Source: a virus
Taxonomy: Duplodnaviria > Caudoviricetes
DNA length: 53,491 nucleotides
Direction: 5' to 3' (one strand)
IMG/VR virus record: IMGVR_UViG_3300048999_000117
Location: 1-53,491 of that record
Part shown: in pieces, positions 1 to 9,400 of the stretch
Layout: each line of letters opens with the position of its first letter
Position numbering within the stretch: position 1 is the stretch's first letter
The notes under the pieces: generated by a model
Told to the model about the DNA's origin: nothing
The model's database searches: none
The model's input: the letters and a program-made list of their open reading frames with translations, nothing else
Position numbers and translations under genes: made by a program

Positions 1-126
1 CCACCCGAACGGCACGCGGGCGCGACCCCAACCCATCACCCCATGGAGGGAGCGAGCCATGCTCGCCTACCTGCGCAAGCAGATGACAGCCGCGCTCGAA
101 GCCCGGGCCGCGCTGAAGACCGACCT
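1..126. repeat. Terminal direct repeat, left copy (identical to 53357-53482); circular-assembly overlap
   Basis: Base-by-base identity of 1-126 with 53357-53482; the next 9 nt differ at 3 positions. Confidence 0.95.
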
Positions 127-1429
127 TGACGGCATCGTGAAGACCGCCGAGGACGCCGGCCAGGAGAAGCTGTCTGCCGACGAGCAGACCGCGTTCGACG
201 CCAAGCGCGCGGAGATCCGCGCGAAGGACGGCGACATCGAGGAGCTGGACGGCCGGATCAAGGAGCTGGAGGAGGACGAGAAGCGGGAGCAGAAGGCAGC
301 CGAGATCCTCGCCGCGCAGAAGCAGACCGGCGAGCGGCGCGAGCGCGTCACCGTCGTCTCGGAGCCGGAGACCTACCGCAAGGACGGCCGGACGTCGTAC
401 TTCCGGGACCTGTTCCGTGCGCAGCAGCGTGGCGACCACGAGGCGATCGAGCGGCTGCAGCACAACGACCGCGAGGTCATGGAGAAGCGCGCCCTGACCA
501 CCACCGACGGCGCTATCGGCGAGTTCGTTCCGCCGCTGTGGATGGTCGACGAGTACGTGGCGCTCGCCCGCGCCGGCCGCGTCGTCGCCGACCAGATCGG
601 CCACCAGCCGCTGCCGGACGGCACCGACTCCATCAACCTGCCGAAGCTCACCGCCGGCACGTCTACCGCTGAGCAGACCACGCAGAACACGGGGGTCTCC
701 AACACGGACGCCACGTCGTCCAGTGTGACCGCGGCGGTGGCGACGATCGCGGGTCAGCAGGTCGTGTCGCAGCAGCTGCTGGAGCAGTCGCCCATCAACA
801 TGGACCCGATCCTCCTGGCCGACCTGGCTGCGGACTACGCGGTCCGGCTCGACACGTTCGTCATCAACAACAACGCGGCGAACAAGCGCGGTCTGCTCAA
901 CGCGTCGGGCATCAACGCCATCACCTACACGGACGCGTCGCCCACCGTCGGCGAGGCGTACAGCAAGGTCGGCGACGGCATCCAGCAGATCCACACGGGC
1001 CGCTTCCTGCCGCCCGACAAGATCTTCATGCACCCGCGCCGGTGGGCCTGGTACACGGTGTCCCTCGACACCGCGGGCCGGCCGCTGGTGGTGCCGGTGG
1101 CGAACATGCCGCAGAACGTCCTGGCCGCCATGTCCGACGTCAACTCCGAAGGGTTCGTCGGCACGCTCCAGGGCCTGCCGGTGTACGTCGACCCGAACAT
1201 CCCGATCAACCTCGGAGCGGGCACCAACGAGGACCGGATCATCATCGCCCGTTCCTCCGACGCGATCCTCTTCGAGGGCACGCCGCGTGCCGAGGCGTTC
1301 CGCGAGACCTACGCCAACCAGCTGTCCGTGCTGCTGCGGTTCTACAACTACGCCGCCCTGCACAGCGAGCGGTACCCGAAGTCGACCTCGGTCGTCTCCG
1401 GCACCGGCCTGGTCACCCCGACGTTCTAG
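59..1429 (+). CDS. Major capsid protein, HK97 fold, with N-terminal coiled-coil delta domain
   Basis: 456 aa; charged coiled-coil N-terminus, then GEFVPP, LxGLPV motifs; follows the prohead protease across the circular junction; GGAGGGAG RBS. Confidence 0.93.
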   Translation: MLAYLRKQMTAALEARAALKTDLDGIVKTAEDAGQEKLSADEQTAFDAKRAEIRAKDGDIEELDGRIKELEEDEKREQKAAEILAAQKQTGERRERVTVVSEPETYRKDGRTSYFRDLFRAQQRGDHEAIERLQHNDREVMEKRALTTTDGAIGEFVPPLWMVDEYVALARAGRVVADQIGHQPLPDGTDSINLPKLTAGTSTAEQTTQNTGVSNTDATSSSVTAAVATIAGQQVVSQQLLEQSPINMDPILLADLAADYAVRLDTFVINNNAANKRGLLNASGINAITYTDASPTVGEAYSKVGDGIQQIHTGRFLPPDKIFMHPRRWAWYTVSLDTAGRPLVVPVANMPQNVLAAMSDVNSEGFVGTLQGLPVYVDPNIPINLGAGTNEDRIIIARSSDAILFEGTPRAEAFRETYANQLSVLLRFYNYAALHSERYPKSTSVVSGTGLVTPTF

Positions 1430-1439
1430 TCCATCCACC

Positions 1440-1464
1440 GCCCCGGCCAGGTGCTGGCCGGGGC
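1440..1464 (+). terminator. GC-rich hairpin after the capsid gene (terminator or mRNA stabiliser)
   Basis: GCCCCGGCCAG-GTG-CTGGCCGGGGC inverted repeat. Confidence 0.55.
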
Positions 1465-1486
1465 GTGCTCGCAGGGAGGTTCGGCC

Positions 1487-1759
1487 ATGGCCGAGGAAGA
1501 CAACGTTGAAGAGCCCGAGACGGCTGCAGCCGAGCCGTCGGAGGCGGAGGACCCGAACCGCGAGGGAGTGATCGCTGCGCTCAAGCGGGAGCGCGCAGGG
1601 TACGTCGCGCGCGGCCTCGACGACCGAGTGGCAGGCGTGAACGCCGAGCTGAAGCGGCTCGGTGCCGACGGCGACGATCACGCGCAGTCGGCACCGCAGG
1701 AGGCGGCAGTGGAGTCGAAGCCGCGCAGTACCGCGACCCGCGGCAAGCGGGCTGACTGA
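1487..1759 (+). CDS. Small acidic phage protein (head module)
   Basis: ATG at 1487 with GGGAGG RBS; TGATG coupling to next gene. Confidence 0.75.
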   Translation: MAEEDNVEEPETAAAEPSEAEDPNREGVIAALKRERAGYVARGLDDRVAGVNAELKRLGADGDDHAQSAPQEAAVESKPRSTATRGKRAD

Positions 1760-2088
1760 TGGGTTCGCTCGTCACGGCCGTCGCCTCCGGAGCGCAGACC
1801 GCGTCCGGGAACTCCGGCACGCTACCCGGCTTCGGCGACTGGTCGAAGTTCCGAGCCCAGCTCAACGTGACTGCGGCAGCGGGCACCACGCCCACCCTGG
1901 ACGTGGTCATCGAGGACAGCCTCGACGGCACGAACTGGAACACGGTCGCCACGTTCACGCAGAAGACTGCGGCGGCCGTCCAGGCCGTTGACGTCGCGGG
2001 GCTGTTCGCCGACAAGCTGCGAGTGCGGTGGACGGTCGGCGGCACCACCCCGTCCTTCACTTTCGACGTGAAGCTCTACGGCAAGTAG
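1759..2088 (+). CDS. Putative virion/capsid decoration protein (beta-rich, Thr/Ala-rich)
   Basis: 109 aa, SxDGxNW motif, position in head module. Confidence 0.6.
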   Translation: MGSLVTAVASGAQTASGNSGTLPGFGDWSKFRAQLNVTAAAGTTPTLDVVIEDSLDGTNWNTVATFTQKTAAAVQAVDVAGLFADKLRVRWTVGGTTPSFTFDVKLYGK

Positions 2089-2096
2089 GGGGCACG

Positions 2097-2747
2097 GTGC
2101 CCGGGTTCGGGATGCTGCAGGACTCGTTCGCCGACAACTTCCGGGATCCGGTGCTGTGGTCGGGTTCCTACGGTGACGTCGCCGAGGTGGCGGGCCGGGC
2201 CCGGGTGCCGTGCACGACCGACTACTCCGGCTACGCGTCGGCTTCCATCTACAGCCTGGCCGGGGCACAGGTCGCCTGCCGCGTGTACGCGCCGGCGGCG
2301 GGCGGCGCCGTGGCGGAGGCACTGGCCGAGGTCCTCGTGCTGACCAGCACGGGCGGCACCGACGCAGGCTTCAGCCTCAACGCCGCTACCGGTCAGCTCC
2401 GCCTCGTCTCCCGGGTCGGGTACGCGGATCCGGGCGAGGTGGCACTGACCTACTCGCCCACGGAGCACGCATGGGTGCGCCTCCTCGAAGGCGACGGGTC
2501 TCTCTCCTGGGACACCAGCCCGGACGGCCGCCTATGGGCGACTCAGCGGACGACGGCTTCTCCGGCCTGGACCGCTGACTTGAACCTGGGTGTCGTCCTG
2601 GCCGGGCATCGCGACAGCGGCACGGGCGACTACTCGGAGTTCGACAACTTCAACATCGTCCGGCCCGGTAGCTGCGCCCCGCTCCAGCGCAGTCTGGCCG
2701 GGCCGGGCCCCTACCCGCGTGGGACATCTACGGTGAAGGGGGCCTGA
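2097..2747 (+). CDS. Putative virion protein, ConA/lectin-like beta-sandwich; paralogous to a domain of the tail-tip protein
   Basis: GTG 2097 with AGGGGG RBS; LTYSPTEHAWVRLLEGDGSLSWDTSPDG matches LTYSAIDHAWVRVRESSGTVYWETSGDG in 10245..12698. Confidence 0.65.
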   Translation: MPGFGMLQDSFADNFRDPVLWSGSYGDVAEVAGRARVPCTTDYSGYASASIYSLAGAQVACRVYAPAAGGAVAEALAEVLVLTSTGGTDAGFSLNAATGQLRLVSRVGYADPGEVALTYSPTEHAWVRLLEGDGSLSWDTSPDGRLWATQRTTASPAWTADLNLGVVLAGHRDSGTGDYSEFDNFNIVRPGSCAPLQRSLAGPGPYPRGTSTVKGA

Positions 2748-2748
2748 G

Positions 2749-3582
2749 GTGAGCTTCGACCTGGGCGCGGTCGTCCCGCTGGGCACGACCGTGCGGGACT
2801 CTGCTGGAGCGATGGCGAATGCCGGGGCGATGGCGCTGACCATCACCCTGCCTGACAACACCACAGTGTCCGTGCCAGCCGTGGCGCCGACGACGACAGG
2901 CATCTACGCCTACGACTACCCGACCGTGCAGCCCGGGCGGCATGCCGTGCGGTGGGTGGCATCTGGCCTCAACGCAGGCGCGTATACCGATGTGTTCGAC
3001 GTCCGCGAGGCCGCACCGCCCATGCTGTTCTCGCTGGCCGGCGCTAAGGCCAAGCTCGACATCCCTTCGACGAGCACGAGCGACGACGAGGAGCTGCGCG
3101 AGTTCATCGAAGCGACCACCCAGTGCGTCGAGTTCTTCGTGGGCCCCGTGGTTCGGCGGACCGTGCAGGAGGTCCTCCAGGGCGACCGGGAGATGTGGGT
3201 GCTGCACACGCTGCCCGTGATCGCCGTCTCGGCAATCACCCCTCTGCAGATCTGGCAGCAGGGCATCGACGTGGGCGTCCTCGACGTCGACACGGCCACG
3301 GGCATCCTGCGCCGCAAGGACGCTCTCTGGTTCTTCTCCGGCGAATACCGCATCACGTACACCGCCGGCCGGACCGCGGTCGCGCCGAACGTGTCCCTCG
3401 CGTCGAAGCTGATCCTCCAGCACCTGTGGCGTACCAACTACGGCGCGTCCCGCGGCCTCACGGGGATCGGCGGCGGCGAGGACTTCGCCGTCACTGAGCC
3501 CATCCCGGGCCTCGGCTACGCCATCCCCAACCGGGCGCTGCAGCTACTCCAGGCGGACCGGGATCCGGGAGGCTTCGCATGA
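2749..3582 (+). CDS. Head-to-tail adaptor with N-terminal Ig-like extension
   Basis: C-terminal LAGAKAKL..DDEEL..FIEAAT..VE..ITYTAG pattern typical of gp6/gp15-like adaptors; synteny. Confidence 0.75.
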   Translation: MSFDLGAVVPLGTTVRDSAGAMANAGAMALTITLPDNTTVSVPAVAPTTTGIYAYDYPTVQPGRHAVRWVASGLNAGAYTDVFDVREAAPPMLFSLAGAKAKLDIPSTSTSDDEELREFIEATTQCVEFFVGPVVRRTVQEVLQGDREMWVLHTLPVIAVSAITPLQIWQQGIDVGVLDVDTATGILRRKDALWFFSGEYRITYTAGRTAVAPNVSLASKLILQHLWRTNYGASRGLTGIGGGEDFAVTEPIPGLGYAIPNRALQLLQADRDPGGFA

Positions 3583-4043
3583 TGACCTCCCGCGTGCCCG
3601 CTGCCGTCGACGCGCTGCTCTCGATCCTGCGGGCCGCCCCGGGGCTGGCAGACGTCACGATCATCGACGGTCCGCCGGTGGTCAACCTGACTGCCAAGAA
3701 GCACCTGTTCGTCGGATGGCAGCCCAGCGCGGAAGTGGCTGTGGCCCTCACCCAGGACTTCAACTCGGCCGGCGCGAGAACGCGGGACGAGGCGTTCGCG
3801 ATCGCCTGCTACGCCGAGGCCCGCGCCGGCACCACCGTCATGAAGGACCGGCGCGACGAGGTGTTCGCGCTCGTCGGCGAGGTCGAGATCGCGCTTCGCG
3901 CCACCAACGACGCTCCGACCGCGCCCACATTGAACGGCGCGGTGCTGTGGGCGCACCTCACTGCAGGCAACCTGACCGAACTGCAGCAGGAGGGCAGCCT
4001 CGCCGGGCTCGCTTTCACGGTGACCTGCCAGGCCCGTATCTGA
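3579..4043 (+). CDS. Putative tail terminator / tail completion protein
   Basis: Size and position before the major tail protein; ATGA coupling. Confidence 0.6.
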   Translation: MMTSRVPAAVDALLSILRAAPGLADVTIIDGPPVVNLTAKKHLFVGWQPSAEVAVALTQDFNSAGARTRDEAFAIACYAEARAGTTVMKDRRDEVFALVGEVEIALRATNDAPTAPTLNGAVLWAHLTAGNLTELQQEGSLAGLAFTVTCQARI

Positions 4044-4070
4044 TCCACCCACCCGAGAAGGAGTACAGCC

Positions 4071-4277
4071 ATGGCGCGTGTGCGCTACCTGGGCCCGGAG
4101 CCGGTGACCGTGCCCGAACTCGGCGACCGCGAGGTCCAGCCGGACGAAGTGGTCGAGGTGCCCGACCAGCGGTTCGAGGGCTACGTCTGCCAGCCCGCGA
4201 ACTGGGAGTCCGTCGAGGAGCCCGGCGCGAAGAAGAAGACCAGCGCGGCCAAGGCGTCGCAGAACCAGGAGGGCTGA
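4071..4277 (+). CDS. Small hypothetical phage protein
   Basis: AGGAG RBS, 68 aa, typical codon usage. Confidence 0.7.
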   Translation: MARVRYLGPEPVTVPELGDREVQPDEVVEVPDQRFEGYVCQPANWESVEEPGAKKKTSAAKASQNQEG

Positions 4278-4280
4278 TCC

Positions 4281-5267
4281 ATGGCGATCGGATCCGGGCT
4301 CGGCGCCCAGCTCGGCATCAGCGCCGAGTCGACCTACGGCACGTTCGTGGCACCGACCAAGTTCGTCGAGTTCACCAAGGAATCGCTGGTCCTCAAGAAG
4401 ACGACAGCCCAGTCCGCGGGTATCGCCGCCGGACGTCTGCTGCCCCTGTCCTCGCGGCGCGTGGTGACCCAGACCGAAGGGTCCGGCACCGTCGACATGG
4501 AGGTCACCAACAAGGCCATGGGCCTGCTGCTCCAGGCGCTGATGGGAACCTCCGTCACCCCCGTACAGCAGGCCGCGTCGACGGCCTACCTGCAAACCCA
4601 CACCCTCGCGGACATCGCCGGCAAGAGCCTCACGATCCAGAAGGGCGTTCCCCTCACCAGCGGCACGGTGACCGACAAGACCTTCCTGGGCTGCAAGGTC
4701 ACCTCGGCCGAGTTCTCGTGCGAGGTCGGGCAGATGCTCACCGCCACCTACGAGTTCGACGCCAAGGCGTGCGACGAGGCGCAGACACTGGCGACAGCCT
4801 CGTACCCGTCGATGTCCCCGTTCCACTTCGGCCAGCTCGCGGTCAAGACGGGCACCTTCGGTACGGAGACCGCGCGGGACGGAATCCGCAAGATCTCGGT
4901 GAAGATCGAGCGCCCGCAGGCCGTCGACCGGTTCTATGCCGGGCAGGCCGGCACGAAGAAAGAGCCCATCTCCAACGACCAGGTGAAGATCACCGGATCG
5001 ATCGAGATGGACTACGTCGACACCGTCCTCGACGACCTGCACACCTCCGACGCCGCAACTTCACTCGTGGTCGAGTTCATCGGCCCGATCATCGCGTCGA
5101 CGTACACCGAGACGTTCCGGATCAAGCTGCCCGCGATCCGCTTCGACGACGCTCCGCCGACCGTCGAAGGGTTCGCTGTCGTCAAGCCGACGCTGAACTT
5201 CACGGGCCTGTACGACGGCACGAACCAGCCGGTCATCGAGTACATGTCGACCGACGTCACCGTGTGA
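4281..5267 (+). CDS. Major tail (tube) protein
   Basis: 328 aa; ESTYGT.VAP N-terminal motif of tail tube proteins; synteny. Confidence 0.85.
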   Translation: MAIGSGLGAQLGISAESTYGTFVAPTKFVEFTKESLVLKKTTAQSAGIAAGRLLPLSSRRVVTQTEGSGTVDMEVTNKAMGLLLQALMGTSVTPVQQAASTAYLQTHTLADIAGKSLTIQKGVPLTSGTVTDKTFLGCKVTSAEFSCEVGQMLTATYEFDAKACDEAQTLATASYPSMSPFHFGQLAVKTGTFGTETARDGIRKISVKIERPQAVDRFYAGQAGTKKEPISNDQVKITGSIEMDYVDTVLDDLHTSDAATSLVVEFIGPIIASTYTETFRIKLPAIRFDDAPPTVEGFAVVKPTLNFTGLYDGTNQPVIEYMSTDVTV

Positions 5268-5274
5268 GCCCACC

Positions 5275-5787
5275 GTGGTTCAGGACATCCGCATAGTCGG
5301 CACCGGCCAGCTGCTCGAACTCCAGCGGCGGCTGCGCCGGGCCGGCCACGAGAACATCCGATCCAGCATGCAGCGCCGCATCCGGCGTGCGGCCGAGCCG
5401 CTGCGCGACGACCTCCAGGACGCCATCGAGCACCTGGACATCCGCTCCCAGGGCCGGGGCTCCGGGAAGCGCGGCGGCCCCACCCTCACCACCCGCCCGC
5501 TGCGGGCGTCGATCGCTGCGGCGATCCGCATCTCGGTACGCACCACCGGCGACGTCGGCGCCCGCGTGTGGCTGGACCGCTCGCTGCTGCCGCCGGACAT
5601 CCCAATGAGCGTGGTCAACCGGCTCAACGAAGGCCGCCTGCGCCACCCGGTGTTCGGCAACAAGCGCCGCTGGGCGCAGCAGACCGCCACCCCTCTGTGG
5701 TGGGACAAGACCGAGCGCAATCACCTCGACCGCATCAACAGCGAGGTCGCCCGCGTCGCGGACGACGTGCGCCGTCACCTCGAATAG
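5275..5787 (+). CDS. HK97 gp10-like tail completion protein
   Basis: Basic protein with RLRHPVFGN..W.QQ motif. Confidence 0.65.
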   Translation: MVQDIRIVGTGQLLELQRRLRRAGHENIRSSMQRRIRRAAEPLRDDLQDAIEHLDIRSQGRGSGKRGGPTLTTRPLRASIAAAIRISVRTTGDVGARVWLDRSLLPPDIPMSVVNRLNEGRLRHPVFGNKRRWAQQTATPLWWDKTERNHLDRINSEVARVADDVRRHLE

Positions 5788-5795
5788 GAGCACCA

Positions 5796-6305
5796 GTGAT
5801 CATCGTCTACAGCCCGGCGGACGGCGAGAAGGAAGAGTTCGACGCCAGCACCCTGCGCGTCTCCGAGGTGTCGATCGTCCAGCGGACCGTCGATATGAAG
5901 TGGGACGAGATCAAGGCCGGGCTCGCCAACGACGACCCCGAAGCCATGCGCGGCGTGGCATGGGTGATCAAGAAGCGCAGTAATCCGCCCCTTCGCTACG
6001 CCGACTTCGACCCCAGCATCGACGAGATCGACACCCGCCTCGACAAGAAAGAGGTCAGGGCCTGGATCGAGGGAGCCCTCTCCCTGGCGGCCAGCAATCC
6101 GCAGGCCACCAGTGCCGACATCGCCGACGCCCTGAGTGGTCTGCCCGCCGTCGCACAGGATCCCGAGCACGCGCGCCAGCTCATCGCCGAGATGACGCAG
6201 GACCCAAAAGAGGAGCCGGCCACGCCACAGGAGGCGGCAGCGGAGGCGAGCGACTCGGACCAGAGCCAGACCCCGACGTCGACCACGCCCGCACCGACTA
6301 CCTAG
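5796..6305 (+). CDS. Tail assembly chaperone (short form)
   Basis: GTG 5796 with AGGAG RBS; directly before tape measure; contains slippery site at DPK. Confidence 0.8.
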   Translation: MIIVYSPADGEKEEFDASTLRVSEVSIVQRTVDMKWDEIKAGLANDDPEAMRGVAWVIKKRSNPPLRYADFDPSIDEIDTRLDKKEVRAWIEGALSLAASNPQATSADIADALSGLPAVAQDPEHARQLIAEMTQDPKEEPATPQEAAAEASDSDQSQTPTSTTPAPTT

Positions 6306-6427
6306 GACTCTTCGCCCACATCCTCCACATCCCGCCGCAAGGGGTCGACGACCTGAGGGTTGACGACTTCTACAGCCTCATCGCCTGGATCGACACCAAC
6401 CAGGCACGCGCTGCCGAAGGGGGATGA
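6203..6427 (+). CDS. Tail assembly chaperone -1 frameshift extension (long form 5796..6427)
   Basis: C CCA AAA heptamer at 6203-6209; the -1 frame is open to TGA 6425-6427 and reads ...DYLGLFAHILHIPPQGVDDLRVDDFYSLIAWID..., ending 3 nt before the TMP start. Confidence 0.8.
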   Translation, partial: PKRGAGHATGGGSGGERLGPEPDPDVDHARTDYLGLFAHILHIPPQGVDDLRVDDFYSLIAWIDTNQARAAEGG

Positions 6428-6430
6428 CCC

Positions 6431-9400
6431 GTGCGTCTCGACTTCACCCTCGTCGGCCGCGACCACCTTTCCCGCGTCCTGGACCGGGCAGGTGACGCCA
6501 GCAACCGGCTCGGCCGCCGCCTGCTGACCACCAGCATCAACGGCGACGCCGCGATGCGCCGCATGACCAACAACACGACCCGCTACCTCGCCGGGATGCA
6601 GCGGGACTCGGAGGCCGGCGGCAAGGCTCTTGAGGAGCTGAAGAAGGCCACGATGCTGCTGGCCCCGGCGGCGATCCCCGCCGCCGCCTCGCTCCTGCCG
6701 ATCGCGGCGGGCGCGGGCGCGGTGGCGGTGGCCTCCGGCGCCATGATCGCGGCGATGGTGCCGCAGATCGCCGCGCTCGGCGAGGCGGCCGACGCCGAGA
6801 AGAAGTACGAGACCGCCGTCACTCAGCACGGTGCCGCCTCCGCTCAGGCGTTCCAAGCGCAGATCGCCTACCAGCAGGCCGTGGCCAAGATGCCGCCGGC
6901 GACACGGGAGGCCGCCGCCTCTCTTGCGACGCTGAAGAAGGACTATCAGGGCTGGTCCGACAGTCTTGCCGGCGACACGATGCCCGTCTTCACCAAAGGT
7001 CTCGCGCTCGCCAACACGCTGCTGCCCAAGACGAGCGGCCTGGTCAAGGCGGCGAGCACGGAGGCCAGCCGGTTCGAGACGATCATCGGCGGCGAGATGG
7101 CCTCGCCAGGCCTCGACCGCCTGAACGGCAAGTTCACCAGCTTCGCCCAGAAGACGCTGCGCAGCGTCAACGACGAGATCGTCCACCTCCTCCGGGCCGG
7201 CCAGGGAACCAACGTCGGCGGTCCGGCACGCGAGTTCATGGACTGGGCGAAGGCTCAGGGCCCGACCGTCGCGGGCGTCCTCAAGAGCGTGGCCACAGCC
7301 CTGGTCCACCTGCTGCAGGCCGGAAGCGATGTCGGGGTCGGCCTGCTTCAGGCCGTCGAGGTGGTGTCGCGCCTGGTGTCGGCTGTGCCGCCCCAGGCCA
7401 TCGCCATCTTCCTGCAGCTGGCCCTGGCACTGAAGGTCACCAAGGCCGCCGCCCTGGGTCTCGTCGCCGCTCGCACGGCGGTGGCCGCGTTCGCCACTCA
7501 GGTCGTCGCGATGCAGACCGCCGCCGCCGGCGCACCGGGCCGCCTGCGTGCGGTGGGCGCAGCAATCGGTGCAATGTCCCGCAGTGCGAAGGTGGCGCTG
7601 GTCGGGACCGGAATCGGGCTGCTCATCCTCGCGCTGACGCAGCTGTCGTCGATGGGGAAGAAGGCGCCCCCGGACGTCGACAAGCTGACCACCTCGCTGG
7701 GCAAGCTCGCTCAGACCGGCAAGGTCACGGGCGAGGCGGCACGTGCGTTCGGCGCCAATCTCGGCGGACTTGCCGACTCGCTGCGGACCCTGAGCCGTCC
7801 GTCGAACCTGGACAAAACCCAGCAGTTCCTGACCTCCCTGGTCGGCATGGACTCGACGCCGGTCGCGGATGCCAAGAAGGATCTCGACGGCGTCGACCAG
7901 GCCCTCGCCGGGCTGGTGCAGGGCGGTAAGGCGGACCTGGCCAAGGCCGCCTTCGACAGGGTCGCGGCATCCATGCGCAAGCAGGGCATGTCCACCTCCG
8001 AGCTGCGGTCCCACCTCGGCGACTACACCTCTGCCCTCGACGACCAGGCCTTCGAGAGCCAGCTCGCGGCGCAGGCTCAGGGGCTGTTCGGACAGCAGGC
8101 GCAGAAGACGCAGGCCGCCCTCGCCGCGCAGAAGCAGAGCGCGGACGGACTGCGCCAGTCGATCCAGGCCCTCAACGACGTGAACCGCTCCGCACTGGGC
8201 GGCATGATCGGCTTCGAGGGTGCGATCGACGCGGCGGCCGATGCGGCGAAGAAGAACGCCGGCGCCTTGTCGATGACGCACGGCCAGCTGAACCTGAACT
8301 CGCAGAAGGCGCGCGATGCCGCGAGCGCGCTGTCCGACCTGGCGGCGAAGACCGACGAGGCTGCGGCGGCCGAGCGGGAGAACGGCTCGTCGTGGGAGCA
8401 GGTCAACGCGGTCTATACCCGCGGGCGTGCGGCGATCATCAAGAACGCCCAAGCCATGGGCCTGTCCAAGACCGAGGCGAAAGCCCTCGCGGACCAGATC
8501 CTCCGCATCCCGAACAAGACGTCCAAGGTCCAGATGGAGACCGAGGACGCGAAGCGTGATCTCACCGCGTTCAACGCAGCGGTGAAGCGCACGCCTGGCT
8601 CGAAGTCGGTGACGCTGACGACGCTCAGCAAGGCCGGCGAGCAGGTGCTGGAGTCGTTCGGGCTGAAGGTCAAGCGGCTGCCCAACGGCAGCGTGACGGT
8701 CAGCACGAAGGGCGGCGCGCTCTCCGCCATCGCCAACGTCGCGGCCGCGCTGCGCCGGTTGAACGGCAAGACGGCCACGACGTGGACGTACCACAACGTG
8801 CGGACGACCTACTCGACCGCAGGCAGCGTCTCGGGCGGCAAGAGCGTCCACGGCATGGTCGGCGCGACCGGCGGCCTGTACACGGGCGCCGGGTTCCGGC
8901 ACCGCGGGTACAGCGTCGGCGGCCTGGTCGACGGGCCCGGCACGGAGACGTCCGACTCGATCTTCGCGCCGTGGCTGAGCAAGAACGAGTTCGTCGTCAA
9001 CGCCCGCCGCACGCGCCAGTACCTGCCACTGCTGAAGGCCCTCAACTCCGGCAAGCTCGCGCTGGGTTCGCTGGGCGGGTCCGGCGGCGGTACGGCGTCA
9101 GCCGGCATGGAGGCCGGCCGCGGCCTGGCCGCAGGCATGACCGGGGCGGCCGGGCTCGTCGGCAGGGCGGCCCGGACGATGGCGTCCGCAGTCGAGGCCG
9201 GGATCAGGGACGAGCTGGAAATCCGGTCGCCGTCGAAGAAGACGAAAGCCTTGGCGGCGGACGTCGGCAAGGGCTTCATCGTCGGCTTGACCAGCACCCA
9301 AGCCAAGATCAAGTCCACGTCGAAGGACCTGGTCAAGGACATCAAGACGGCGTTCTCCGGTAAGAAGGAGTCCGGCCTGGTCGCGATGGTGGACCGGGAC

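Noticed and set aside
1-126. Terminal repeat as a physical direct terminal repeat of the virion DNA
   Set aside because: It cuts through the capsid gene start and has k-mer-overlap size. The HNH, TerS, TerL arrangement suggests cos-type ends near 49350-49500 instead.
6302-8902. Long minus-strand ORF of 866 aa, and similar ones at 3516..5042, 36847..39018, 40124..42079, 51366..53387
   Set aside because: Antisense shadows of real high-GC genes, with no motifs or RBS. Only the short RHH gene at 41619..41798, in a different frame, is supported.
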